Part shown: positions 36,241-49,492 of the stretch, piece by piece | Numbering within the stretch: the first letter of the stretch is position 1 | How the letters are laid out: each line of letters opens with the position of its first letter | Assembly (NCBI GenBank): GCA_013239625.1 | Contig: MU056050.1 | Span: forward strand, 5,961,366 to 6,025,365 | DNA from: Lama guanicoe | Lineage: Eukaryota | Length of the DNA: 64,000 nt | Direction: 5' to 3' | Made by a program: the position numbers and the translations under genes | Notes under the pieces: generated by a model | Databases searched by the model: none | Seen by the model: the letters and a program-made list of their open reading frames with translations, nothing else | Told to the model about the DNA's origin: nothing

Positions 36241-39129
36241 CTTCACAGCTGTGTTTACAGCGGGCCCGGACAGTGAAGAGCTACGTGGATGAAGGAAAAA
36301 ACAATCGCCCTGCGCCTTGCCGGGACTCCACGATAAAGGGCAGGGCTGGAAGGGCAGAAGTCCGAGCTTGTCTGTCAGAGGACAAGCCGATTCTAAACAC
36401 TTCCAGGAGAGAATTCCAGCAGGAGGTGGGGCCATGGGGCAGACAGAAGCCTGAATGGGAGTAGTTCAAGTGTGTCTGGCAGGAGGCGGCCACATGGGAC
36501 GAATCAGAGCTGACGCAGGGGCCAGTGAGGTATAACCCCTTCCCCTGGGCATTTGCCAGAGAAGGGGACTGAGGATGGAACTTTCGGGAATGGGGTCCTA
36601 TAATGAACAAGACTACTGTCCCCTTATCTACCCCTCTGAATTTCTCTCTCATTTTGTTTTTGTTTGGGGTGGGGTGGTAATACTGTCTTTTGGTTAGTTG
36701 GGAGCCTGGTGTTAATATCTTTATACAGAGGTTTCATGCAACCTCCTTGATTTCCCAAATGAGATGACCTGGGTGGCAGAATCAGTGTGATGGTCACTGT
36801 AAAATTCAAAACCAAAAGTGGCAACGAGAAGCTTCAAGCAAGAGAACCTTTTGAAGAAAACAAACAAAACCGCAGAGGGGTAAACACAGAAAGAGAGCCG
36901 ATCTGGAACTGTCGGGGAAAACACAGCAGCTCCCCTGGGGCGGAGGCCGAGTGCGCAGGCTCGCAGCAGGGCTTCCATGGCCGACGGGCCACAGCTCCTC
37001 TCCTACCAGGTCCCTCGCTCCCCTGTCAAGCTCCTTGCTTCGTCCTCCGTGGATTTGCCAATGTTGCTGTTAGACCTTGAGGCTTCATGTCCCAAACTCC
37101 CCCACCAGATGACCTTTTCTGGTGGACACCAATGGGAACGCGTAAGACCCCACTGGGCCTAGGGTGACTCTGCTAGCCTCTAACCGAGAACGGGACAGAG
37201 GCCACGCTGGACCAAGTGCTCTGGGGAGGAAGGATTCCAATCTAAAAGGAAGGTGAGACTGGAATTTCTGACAACAAGGTATAATAACATCCCTGGATGA
37301 AGCCTGAATTTGCCAGCTCTGCAGAGAATCCTATGGTCTCAGAAGGACAGAATCTGGGGAAAATACAGGCATCACTTGAATTATAGAAACATCTCTCCTA
37401 TTTTCCAAGGGAGCGGAAGAGAAAGAATTTGCTCCACTACCTGGCTTCCCTGCCTTCTGCACTCATCACTTCATGTTCAGTCTCTCTCACAGTTGAAGCT
37501 GAAGCCTTATGATGTGTACAGAACACAAGCCCACAGCTATTCAATTTCTAGAATATTCTCTCGCCAGGCATGTTACAAAAGATCCCAGATCGTTTTGCTC
37601 AACTCCTCTGAGATGTTGTTTGATCAAGATAAAATTCCCATCATTTAGTCTCGCCATCACCTGAGTTTTACTCATTTTGTGGCTCTGGCAGGATTTTCAA
37701 ATGATCACATGTTGAATCGTGGCAAGGAAGATGCCACAGTCCAATCACCCAGAAAAGCAGCGGGGAAGGGACAGCAAGACAAAAAGCAGCAGAAAGGATG
37801 AGGGTGCAATGTGGTAGGAAGGCTGAAAGGGGGAGAGGAGAGACTTATTCAGGGAGATAAGCTTTAGCAGATCCACGCAGAGTTCCCTAAGCCAGCGGGG
37901 TCAATTTAGAATTGATCTGGGTGACAGGAAGTTTGAATACATTCTATACTTGTTACTACTCCCCCACCAGCACACTGTATTTTGATGACTGGTCTTTTGG
38001 CACAAGCCTAGAAAATGCATAACTGTGAAGGCAGAAAGCGTTGCACATATTAAACAGTGGTTGGTGCAAGACATATTCAGTGGAGCTCCCAGTGATCTGC
38101 ATTTGCTCCATTTCAACCCACTGGACTGCCAGATAATGGCCATTGGAGCCTGAATGTCTAGGCTAGGGTAGAATACACCCCCTGGAATTTTTTTTTCCCT
38201 GAATCTCTATTTATCAAGCTCCCTGACTGATGTGAAAATCCTTACAGCAGAGACAGCATCAACTCTTTTTTTTTTCCCCCAAAGAAGAATACTCTTTTTT
38301 CAGGTAGTTCATCCTCTAGGCTGCAGACTGAACACAATTCTTCTTTTTAAGTCTGGGCATTAATTAGAGAGATAAAGAAATGCATCTCCTTTTGTTCAGG
38401 AAGAGAATTCTATTGAGCCTTTGACAATGAAGCTGCTTAAGGGACAGCCCGAGTTGCTCTGTCTGCTCAGAGCCTCTGTGGAAGATCAAGAGCTCGCTCG
38501 TGGAGGACCCTGGCTTTGTGCCACCCTCTTGCTGCTTCCCCTGGACTCCCATGGGAAGGAACGTCCTACCAGTAAATGAAAGGTCCGCGAAGGCCAAGAT
38601 GAAGCCAGGGACTTGACACCACAAACCCGAATGTCCCATCGGGGCACCTAACTGCCTCAGGAACTCTGTGTTCCTGTTTCAGGCCCTGCTTCTCTCCCCA
38701 AGCATCAGCTGACAGATTATGGTGGGCTCGCAAACAGACAGGCCACTCGGGAACCCAGCCAAGATGGGTTTCTCGTTGGCACAGAAGACTCCTTGAAGCC
38801 ACACAACTAGTTATTCAGGGGCCTCTGGGAGGGAGGTCCATTTTGCCCATCGATGGACAGTTGCCTTTGAGAACAGTCCTCGGTAACAGAGGAGAACAGT
38901 AAACATCAACACCCTCGAAGGGGATTAAATGTAGGGCCTGGGAAACACTGGGTATCTCCTGACAACGTGCCCAGTGCCTACCGCAGGCTCCCTGACTGCA
39001 ATCCCCTGTCCTTTTCCCAGTTCCTTGTATTGCAGTCCCCGCTGCCCTTTAGGCCACTCTCACACCTCTCACTGGATTCCACCTGGCAAGATTTTTTTTC
39101 TTTTTTTTTTGGTGGGGGGGAGTTAAGAG

Positions 39130-39620
39130 AACTTTTTAATTGAGACATAATGTATATACAGGGTAATGCACACATCCTAAGTGTCCAGCAGAGTGAATTT
39201 TCACAAACTAAACACATCCACGTAACTGACACACAGATCAAGAACAAAAACCCTGCTAGCAACCCAGAAACTCCCCATCTCCCCTCCAGTCACTATCGCC
39301 CACGATAATGAGGATGCTGACTTCTAGAAGCACAGATTAATTTCATCTGTTCTGAATTTTATATAAACTGAACCCTACAGTATGCACTCTTGGGTCTAGT
39401 TTCTTTTGCTCACTATTATGTATTAAGAGGTTCATTCAAATGTTCAAATACATTCTTAGCAACTTCCTTCTCATTTCTGTTAACTGCATATTCATCCCAA
39501 GTCATACAAACTTATTTATCCATTCTACTACTGAGGGGAATCTGGGTAGTTTCCCAATATGTAGCTGTCACAGAGTTGCTATGCATTTTAGCACAAGTGT
39601 TCTGAGGAACATATGTATGT
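39130..39620 (-). mobile_element. Old L1 (L1ME type) 3' end
   Basis: TTTAATTGAGACATAA...GCACACATCCTAAGTG...GAATTTTCACAAAC...ACACAGATCAAGA antisense L1 terminus. Confidence 0.8.
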
Positions 39621-39699
39621 TCTCATGGACTTTAGTTTCCCCATGTCTGCCAAGCTCAAAGCTCTGTCGGATTCTAAATCTCACTAAACAGCGCTGATA

Positions 39700-40690
39700 G
39701 GACTGATTAATTATAGTGATTTTTTATAACGTCGACTGTGTACACACCCTGTATAACCCCCTCGCATAGAGTGTGGGTGACACTTGTGATTTGCTTCTAA
39801 ATAACAGAACATGGCAAAGGCGGTCACGCTGATGACTACATTATAGTTATACAGCCATGGGGATCAGATGTCACCCCGTGATTACACACAGGCACACACA
39901 CGTGTAAAAAGGCCTACACAGAGGGCCACATGCCAAGAAACTACAGGCAGGCTCTAGTTGCTCAGAGTAGCCTCTGGTCCGAAGCCAACAAGAAAAATGG
40001 AAACCTGAGTTCCGTAGCTGCAAGATTAAATCCACCAACAAACTGAATGATTTTAGAAATGGATTATTTCCCGGTTGGGATTTCAGATGAGAACACAGTT
40101 GGCTGATACCTTTGTTGCAGCCTTGTGAGGCAGCGGGCAGAAGACCTACTTAAGCCAAACCCAAACTTCTGACCTACAGAAACTGAGATAATAAATGTGT
40201 GCTGTCTGAAGTCATTAATTCTGTGGCAATTTGTTACACAGTGTATCAGCTTCCAATTGCTGCTGTAGCATATCACCATGAACTTACTGATTTCAAACAA
40301 CACATATGGTAATAACTCTCAAGGTCAGAAATCCTAAATCAAGGTGCTGGCAGGGCTGCACTCCTCAGGGAGGCTCTAAGGGAGAATCTGTTCCCTTGCC
40401 TTTTCTAGCTCCCAGAGGCCACTTCCTCCTCTCCAAGTCTCCACCTGTCTCTCTGACCTTTGCTTCTTTCATCACACCTCCTTCTCCGACTGTTTTATCA
40501 CCATCCTCTTAGCAGGATCCTTGTGATTCCACTGGGCACACCCAGATAACCCAGAATTATCCCAAGATCCTTAATTTAATCACATCTTCAAAAGTCCCTT
40601 TCACCGTGTAAGGCAATGTGTTCACAGGTTCTGGATATCTTCAGGGACCATTATTCTGCCAGCTACTTGCTGCAAGAGAAAACTAATACA
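39700..40690 (+). mobile_element. MLT1E/F/G-type LTR, 3' terminus split by a nested LTR
   Basis: TGATTTGCTTCTAA..CAGAACATGGCAAAGG; CTTCTGACCTACAGAAACTG..ATAATAAATG...TTTGTTACACAG, then resumes GCAAGAGAAAACTAATACA ending at 40690. Confidence 0.8.
40242..40667 (-). mobile_element. MLT1C/D-type LTR nested in the previous LTR
   Basis: TGTATCAGCTTCC..TTGCTGCTGTA...AGGCTCTAAGGGAGAATCTGTTCCCTTGCCTTTTCTAGCT...ATTATTCTGCC. Confidence 0.85.
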
Positions 40691-42109
40691 CCAAGGACTA
40701 GGGGAATGCGTCTTCCCAAATGATGTTCATCCCATTACAGAAAATAGTAGGTTATAGGAATTGTCCAAGCAGCACCAAGTCCTCCCCTAGTGCCCCTGTA
40801 ATCTCTCAAAGTTCATATATTATTTCAACAAGTCATTTATAACACCTTCTGTAAGTTCATTCTGGAGGATCATCAATAGATCAAAAACACAAACTATAGG
40901 GAAAAAAGTCTCCTTTCTCCTCGTTTTCATGAGGTGGGGATGAGTATTCATATGGGAACATAATCGAGAAAGCTTTTTTTTTTTAAATAGGCCAATGCTT
41001 TTTAATTTAAACAAGATAGAAGGGTGGGCTGACTGTTTGTAATCTTAATATACAGCCACATAGATGTATCAACCAAAACTGTTTGGCTGTAATTCAGATC
41101 CCAAATACATGTGGTTCAAACAAGATAGTTCGTTTGTCTGTTAAATCGAAGTCTGGAGATAGGCAATCTAAAATGCTCATGCTGACTGTGGTCCATCAAG
41201 TCCTCAGGGACCTCACATGCATCCAGGAATTGAATGAAGATGGGAGGAAGGAGAAAGGGAGAAAAGAGAACATGCCAGTTTTCTTCTAAGAAAAGGTCAC
41301 CAAAACTGCCATAAAGTTCTACTATCATCCCATTGGCCTTATACAGCCACATCCAACAGCAATAAAGTAGTTCTTTTCATGAATGGTTGTTAAGTCCATT
41401 AAGAAGCTGACAATTCTATTATTATGGAAGGAAGATAGAATGGAAATCAGGGATAACTCTGTCTAGGGAAAAGTCAAAGATACGGTTTCAATCTGATGAG
41501 TTCAAGTAACCACACTGGAAGCTGATGGCTTTCTTAAGACCATTATTGTTATAAAAGACACTCAACTGAAATGAGATCCTGGGAATTAAGAGCATACACA
41601 TACACTTCTTGAATGTTTGAGAAACATCCTAAAATCTTCTGTTCCCTTTCCTCACATCACATTAGGCTCTAAGCTCTTTTGATTCTATCTTCTTCATCTA
41701 ATTTCCTTGTTCTCCATTGCCAGTACTATAGTAAAACCTCATCAGCTCCAGTACGGATTATTACAACAACCTGTAGGAGTTAGCAGAGACCCTGCTTGAC
41801 TTCCCCTGTCCTCTTTCACACCACACCATACACCCAAGATACCATCCATATTGGTCACTTGGTTGAATTTATACAAACCTGTCCATTACACCGCTCAGAT
41901 TTATTTTGCCATGTTTGAATCCGACAAACATTTCCCAAGTGGGTCATGTCAGACAACAACATTACAAGCCAAGATTTCTTATTTCTTTTCTCATAACTTT
42001 CCAGTGCTCTTTTGATTCATTAAGGTAATCATATCTGGACCTCTCTGAACAGAGTTCAGACTTTCCTACTCCTCCTAAGTTTATGACCACATCCCTGGAG
42101 GTCAGTAAC

Positions 42110-42144
42110 CTTGATTGATTGATTGATACATACATACATACATA
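42110..42144. repeat. (TTGA)n(TACA)n tetranucleotide microsatellite
   Basis: TTGATTGATTGATTGATACATACATACATACAT read directly. Confidence 0.9.
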
Positions 42145-42224
42145 GATCTATGACAATTATTTATTCCTCATCCCCAGGAGCCTTCTTCTGATACTGACAG
42201 AGACTAAGAGTTAGTCTCATAAAA

Positions 42225-44220
42225 ATGGAAAATGGTGACAGATGGAAATCTGGATCTAAACAAAGGAATAAATAACACTGAAAATGGTAACTGAGTAGAC
42301 ATATGAAATACTTTTTATTATGAAAACTCCTTTAAAGATAATGGAATACTGAAATAAAAATAACAAGGTAGTATGAGGTTTATACACTATGTACAAGTAA
42401 AATGTAAGAGTAAAATATATGACAAGGAAGGCACAAAGGTTGGGATGGGAGAAATAAGGAAGTAAACTATTGTAAAGTTCTTGTACTGGACATGAAATGG
42501 TACAATATAACTTGAAGGTAGACTCTGATAAAAGATGTTTAATATAAACCGTAAAGCAACCACTAATGAAAAGTAATAGCTAACAAGCTAACAAAGGAAA
42601 TTAATAGAATTGTAAAAATATTTAATTAATCCAAAATAATGCAGAAAGAGGAAATGTGAAGACTAGATGGGACAAGAAGAAAATAGCTATAAGAAACACA
42701 TCTCACATCTAAATATATAAACAGATTAAAAGTAAAAGGGTAGAAATCTTTCATGTTAACATTAATCAAAAGAAAGTTGTGTCTATATTGATATCAGAAA
42801 AATTAGATATCAATTACCAGGAGTGAAGAAAGTCATTTCATAAGAATAAAGAAATGAAGTCATTAAGATTACATAACAATCCTAAACATTTATGCATCTA
42901 ATAACAGAGCATTAATATACAGATGGTCCCCAGCTTATGATTCAACTTATGATTTTTCGACTCTACAGTGATGAAAAAGTGATACGTATTCTATAGAAAC
43001 CCTACTTCACATTTTGAATTTATCTTTTCTCAGGCTAAGGATGTGTGGAGCAATAATCTCATGATGCTGGGCAGCAATAGCGAGCCACAGCTCCCAGTTA
43101 ACCACACAATCACAAGGGTAGACAACCAATAAGCTTACAACCAACCATTCTGTACCCACACAATTATCCTGTTTTTCTACTTTCACTACTGTATTCGATA
43201 AATGACATGAGATATACAACACAGGCTTTGTGCTAGATCATTTTGCCCAACTATAGGCTAAGTGTCCTACGCGCTTTAAAGGTAGGCTAGGCTAAGCTAT
43301 AATGTTCAGTAGGTTAGATGTGTTCACAACTTCACAACTTAATATTTTCAATTTAGAGGAGGTTTATCAGGACATAAGCCCATCATAAGTTGAGGAAGAT
43401 CTGTACATGAAACAGATTGAAAGAAGACAGACAAATCCACAATTGTAGATGGAGATTCTAACACCTTTCTCTCAACAGTTGATAAAACAAGTAGGCAGAA
43501 AATCAAGCTATTAAATATTTTAACAACATTGCCAACCAGCTTTACCAAATTGGTATTTATAGAGCACTGCACTTAACAGCAGAATACAAATTCTTTTCAG
43601 ATGCGCATAGAACATTTACCAAGACAAAATATATTATGGGCCATAAAACAAGTCTTGATAAATTTTAAAGGCTTCAAGTCATAAAAATTATACTTCTTGT
43701 CCACAATGGCACTAACTTATAAACAAGTAATAGAAAATTAACTGGAAATTCTCTAATATCTGGAAGATAAATAGTACATTATTTGACACCCATGGGCCAA
43801 AGAAGAATTCAAAAGGGAAATTAGAAAAAATTTTAAACAAAATGAAAATGAAAACACAACCTATCCAAGCTTGGGGTTACCAACAAAACAGTACTCAGAG
43901 GGCTATTTATAGCACCAAAATGCCTAAGTTAGAAGACAGTTCTCAAATCAATGACTTCTGCTTCTACCTTAAGAAACTAGAAGAAGAACATATAAAAACT
44001 AAATTAGAAGAAAGAAAAAAATCAGAAGCAGACAGACCGGGAGGCATGAATTACAAAGGGGTATGAGGAAACTTTTGGAAATGTTAGAGAAGCTCATTCT
44101 GATTGTGGTGACGATTTCACAGGTATATACATACGTCAAATCTTATCAAATAGCACACTTTAAATATGTGCAGTCATATTATATATGTCAAGTACATCTG
44201 AACAGATTGGTTTTAAAAAT
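42225..44220 (+). mobile_element. Ancient L1 (L1MC/MD type): inter-ORF region, ORF2 N-terminus and 3' end, internally deleted
   Basis: ORF2 endonuclease-region remnants (ACAATCCTAAACATTTATGCATCTAATAACAGAGC; ACAAATCCACAATTGTAGATGGAGATTC) and 3' end TTACAAAGGGG..GAGGAAACTTTTGG..CACTTTAAATATGTGCAG. Confidence 0.85.
42920..43403 (-). mobile_element. MER47/Tigger5-family TcMar DNA transposon nested in L1
   Basis: Inverted termini CAGATGGTCCCCAGCTTATGAT / ATCATAAGTTGAGGAAGATCTG; TA duplications at 42918-19 and 43404-05. Confidence 0.9.
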
Positions 44221-44228
44221 GCAACCCT

Positions 44229-46418
44229 GGGCAAAGATGGTGGAGTAGGAAGACCAGGAAGTTATCTGGACAACACCAAAATTACAACTATTTACAGAGC
44301 AACTATCAATGAGAACCACCTGAAGACCAAGAGAAGATGTTCCACAACTGAAGATAAAGGAGAAGTCACAATGAGGCAGGTAGGAAGGGCAGAGACATGG
44401 TATAGTCAAGACCCAACCACCAGGGAGGGGGACCCACAAATAAGAGGATATTCACAATTACAGAGGTTCTCCCCAAGGAGTTAGGGGGTCTGAGTCCCAT
44501 GTCAGTCTCCCCATTTTGGAGGTCCCGCATCAGGAAGACAAGCTCTCAGAATATCTGGCTGTGAAAACCAGTGGGGATTGTGTATAGGAGAGCCAGGGGG
44601 CTGTAGAAAAGAGATTCTGCTCTAACATGTCACATGCAAAATCTCATATGTTCTAAGACCCAGCACAGAGGCAGTGATGTGAAAGGATTCTAGGTCAGAC
44701 CTACCTGCTGATCTTGGAGAGCCTCCTAGATGGGCAGAAGGTAACTGAGATTCCCCCTGGGTACACAGATGCTGGTAGCAGCCATTTTGGGGAGCTGCTT
44801 CTACTTTGAGGACACCGATGCTGGCAAGCACCATTTTGGAGTCCTCCCTTTAACCTATTAGAAATGGAGGCTTACCCACCCACCAGCCAGGTGGCACCAG
44901 TTCAGGGACAATCCAGGCCAAGCAGTCCACCATGCAGAAACCCAGCTCCACCCACCAGCAGGCCAGCATCCTCCACATGAGGCATGGCCTGGAAGCCAAC
45001 TGGGCTATGGTCCAGCCCCACCTATCAGCACACCCACAGCAGTCAGCCCCTCCACAACAGAAGGGTCCATAAACCCAATATAGGTGGCACCCCTAGAGCA
45101 CATAGCTCTGGTCACCAGAGCTGAGTGTGCTGCTGGGCCCCATAGGACATCTACCTAATGTCACCTCTCCAAAATTGGTAAATGTAATCAACCTATCTAA
45201 TACATAGAAATTAAAAAAAAACGGAATTAGGCAAAATGAGGCAACAGAAGAGTAAGTTCCAAATGAAGGCACAAGACAAAAATCCCAGAAGAACTGAGCA
45301 AAGGGGAGATAAGCAACCTACAAGGTAAAGAGTTCAAGGTATTGATCATAAAGAAGCTCAATGAACTCTGGAGAAGAATGGATGAACATAGTGAAAAGTT
45401 GAACAAACATTTAGAAAATATAAAGAAGAAACAAACAGTACTGAAGAATATAATAACTGAAAAAAAATACACTGGAAGTAATCAACAGATTAGGTAATTC
45501 CAAGGAACAGCTCAGCAAACTAGAAGAAAGAATAGCGGGAATCACCCAAGCTGAACAGAAAAAAAGCAAAAACAATTTTAAAAAGTGAGGATAGTGTAAA
45601 AAAAAAGCTCTGGAACATCAAGCACACTAATATTCCCATTATTCTAGGGGTCCTAAGTGAAAAAGAGAGAAAAGGGGACAGAGAATTTAGTTGAAAAAAC
45701 TAATAGCTGAAAACTTCCCTAAACTGGGAAAGGAAACAGATATCCAAGTCCAGGAAGCATAAAGTTCCAAACAAGATGAACCCAAAGAGACCCACACCAA
45801 GACACAGTGTAATTAAAACAGTAAGTCAGTAAGTTAATAAAACAAAGAAAAGAAACAAAGAAACTGGAAAAGCACCAAGAGAAAAGCATCTAATTACATA
45901 TAAAGGAACTCTCATAAGACTCCCAGCTGACTTTTCCACAGAAACTTTGCAGGCCAGAAGGGAATGGCAAGATATATTTAAAGTGATGAAAGGAAAAAAA
46001 CCTAAAACAAAGAATTCTCTAACCAGCAAGGTAAGGTTATCACTCCGATTTGAAAGAGAAATCAAAGTTTTACAGACAAACAAAAGCTGAAGTTCAGCAT
46101 CATGAAACCAGCTTTACAAAAAAATGTTAAAGGACTTCTCTAAACAGTAAATGCCACAACTAGAAATACAATACTTAAGAAAGGAAAAGTCTCTTTGATA
46201 AAGGTAAATATACAGTAAACAATAGTACATCAACTTATGAAGCTTGTAGGAAAGTTAAAAGACAAAAGTAGTAAAATCATTTATAGTCACAGTAAGTAGT
46301 TAAGGGATACACAAAACAAAAGGATTTAAAATATAATGTCCAGAACACTGAATGTGTGGTGAGGGGAGTAAAAATACAAGGCTGTTAAAATGCATTCAAC
46401 TTAAGATATCATGGACTT

Positions 46419-46451
<33 letters not shown>

Positions 46452-49400
46452 AATATGTTTATATACAGTATTATATATAAACCTCACGATAACCACAAAC
46501 CAAAAATCTATAATAGATACATACACACAAAAGAGAAAGGAATCTAAATGTAACACTAAAGATAGTCATCAAACCACAAAGGAAGAGCAAAAGAAACAAG
46601 GGAACTATAAAAACCAGGAAAAATGGCAAAAAGTACACACTTATCAATAATTATTTTAAAGGTTAATGAACTAAATGCTCCCATCAAAAGACACAAAGTG
46701 GCTGAGTGGATTTAAAAAACCCGAAATCCATAAATATGCTGCTTTCAAATCCAAAGACACAGACTGAAAGTGAAGAAGTAGGAAAAGGTATTCCATGCAA
46801 ATTGTATCGAAAAGAAAATTAGGGTAGCAATACCTATAAAAGACAGATCATAACAAGAGACAATGAAAGATATTACATAATAAGACCATCAATCCAACAA
46901 GAAGATATAACAATTGTAAATATATATGCATTCAACATAGAAACACCTAAATACGTAAAGCACATGTTAACAAAGGAAGAAAGTGATAGTAACACAATTT
47001 AATAACAGTAGGAGACTTTAACATCCCACTTACATCAATGGATAGAGCATCCAGACAGAAAATCAGTAAGGAAACAGTGGCCTTAAATGACACTTTGGCA
47101 TTTATAAAAATGTCAATCTGATCTCATCTGATATAATGTGTCCTATAATGTATATAGGACACATTCCATCCAAAAACAGCAGAACAGTCTTTAAGTGCAC
47201 GAAGAATATGATCTGTTCTGGAGAATATTCCAAATGACAAAACAATTACTCAATAACTTAAGACTAAAATCATATCAAGCATCTTTTCTGACCACAATAC
47301 TGTGAGACTAGAAATCAACCAAAAGAAAAAATAACTGCAAAAAACAAACACAATCGAGACTAAATATGCTACTCAACAACCGATGAGTCACTGAAGAAAT
47401 CAAAGAGGAAATTTTAAAATACCTGGAGAGAAATGAAAACAAAAACACAATGATCCAAAATCTATGAGGTCCAACAAAAGCAGTTCCAAGGAAGTTTACT
47501 GTAATACAAGCTTATACTAGGAAACAAAAATCTCAAACAACCTAACCTTACAGTGAAAGGGAATTAGAAAAAGAACCCAAATTTAGTAGGAAAGAAATAA
47601 TAAGGATCAGAGCAGAAATTAATGAAATAGAGGCCCCCCAAAAATGAGAAGATGAAAGAGCTGATTCTGTAAAAACATACGCAAAATTTGTAAACCTTTA
47701 GCATGACACAAAATTGGTATCTAGAAATCTTTTGCATTTCTATACACTAACATATCAGAAAGAGAAATTAACAAAATCTCATTTACAACTGCACCAAAAA
47801 AAGAAAATACCTAGGAATAAGTCTCTAACCAAGGAGGTAAAAGAGCTATAGTTGGAAAACTATCACTGATGATAGAAACTGAAGATTACACAAACAAATG
47901 GGAAGATAAACCGTACTTAATTTGAAGAATTAATATTGTAAAAATGAAAATACTACCCAAGGCAATCTATAGATTCAATGCAATTCCCATGAAAATACCA
48001 ATGGCATTTTTCACAGAACTAAAATAATCCTAAAATTTGTATGGCAGGGAGGGTATAGCTCAAATGGTAGAGTACATGCTTAGCATGCACAAGGTTCTGG
48101 GTTCAATCCCCAATATAATACACTCTCTAAAAATAAACAAATCTAATTACCTCCCCACTCCCACCAAAATATAGTATTTTTTTTAAATTAAAACAGCAGG
48201 CTTGCTTTAAAAAAAGTAAATAAAATAAAATTTGTATACAAACACAAATGACCCTGAATAGCCAAAACAATCTTGAGAAAGAACTGGAAGAATCACGACC
48301 CGACTTCAGACTATACTACAAAGCAACAGTAATCAAAACAGTATGGGCAAGGGAATTAAACTGGACTACTCTCCTACACCATATATAAAAATAAAGTCAA
48401 AATGGATTAAAGACTTAAATGTAAGACCTGAAACCATAAAACTCCTAGAAAAACATAGGCAGCATGTTCTCTGACATGAAGCAGGCAGCTTACTGAATGG
48501 GAGAAAGTATCTGCAAACAATGTATGTGTTAATACAAAATATACAAAGAACTCATACAACTCAACAACAAAAACAGCATGATCAAAAAATGGGCAGAGGA
48601 CCTGAACAGACATTTTTCCAAAGAAGACAAACAGATGGACAACAGACATGAAAAGAATTAACCATCAGAGAAACGCAAATCAAAACCAGTATGAAATATC
48701 ACCTCACCTGTCAGAATATTATCAAAAAGATAAGAAATAAGTGTTGACGATGATGTGAATAAAAGTGAACTCTCATGCACTGTTGTTGGGAATATAAATT
48801 GGTAAAGCCACTAAGGAAAACAGTATGGAGGTCTCGCAAAAAAACTAAAAATAGACCTATCACACGATCCAGCAATTCTCCTCCTGCGTATTTTGCTAAA
48901 GAAAACAAAAACAACAATTTGAAACGATGTATGTACCCCTACATTCAATGTCACGTTATTTACAATAGTCAAGATAGGAAGCAACCTACATGTCCATCAA
49001 TAGATGAACAGATAAAGAAGATGTGGTATAATACACACACAAATTTTATATGTGATAGATTACTCAGCCACAAAAAATTAAATCTTGCCATACACAAAAA
49101 CATGGATGGACCTAGAGGGTATTATGTTAAGTGAAGTAAGTCAGAAAGAGAAAGGCAAATACTGTATGATTTCACTTATCTGTGGAATCTAAATAACAAC
49201 TGAACAGACATAATGGAACAGAATCAGACCTGTAGATACAGTGAGGTGGTTGTCAGAAATAAATGAGGAAGCTTAAGAGGGGCTAACTTCCAGTTGCAAA
49301 ATAAATGCGTCACGGGATGAAATGGACAGCACGGGTAACACAGCAAATAATATTCTAGTATCTTTGTATGGTGACAGATGGTAACTAGACTCATCATGGC

Positions 49401-49492
49401 GATCACTTTGTGAAGTACAGAAAGATCAAATCACTATGCTGTGCACCAGAAACAATCATAATGTTGTAGGTCAATTACACTTCAAAAAAAAA
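44229..49492 (+). mobile_element. Near full-span L1 (L1MA9-like age): 5'UTR, ORF1, ORF2 with internal deletions, 3'UTR, poly-A
   Basis: 5' GGGCAAAGATGGTGGAGTAGG; ORF1 remnants about 45230-46140; ORF2 remnants about 46640-49100 (HCCWEYKLVKPLRKTVWR, KQPTCPSIDE); possible TSD AAAAATGCAACCCTG / AAAAATGTTATCCAG (11 of 15 match). Confidence 0.92.
48045..48225 (+). mobile_element. tRNA-Ala-derived SINE (Vic-1-like) in L1 ORF2
   Basis: GGGAGGGTATAGCTCAAATGGTAGAGTACATGCTTAGCATGCACAAGGTTCTGGGTTCAATCCCC; TSD TAAAATTTGTAT at 48031-48042 and 48226-48237. Confidence 0.92.
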
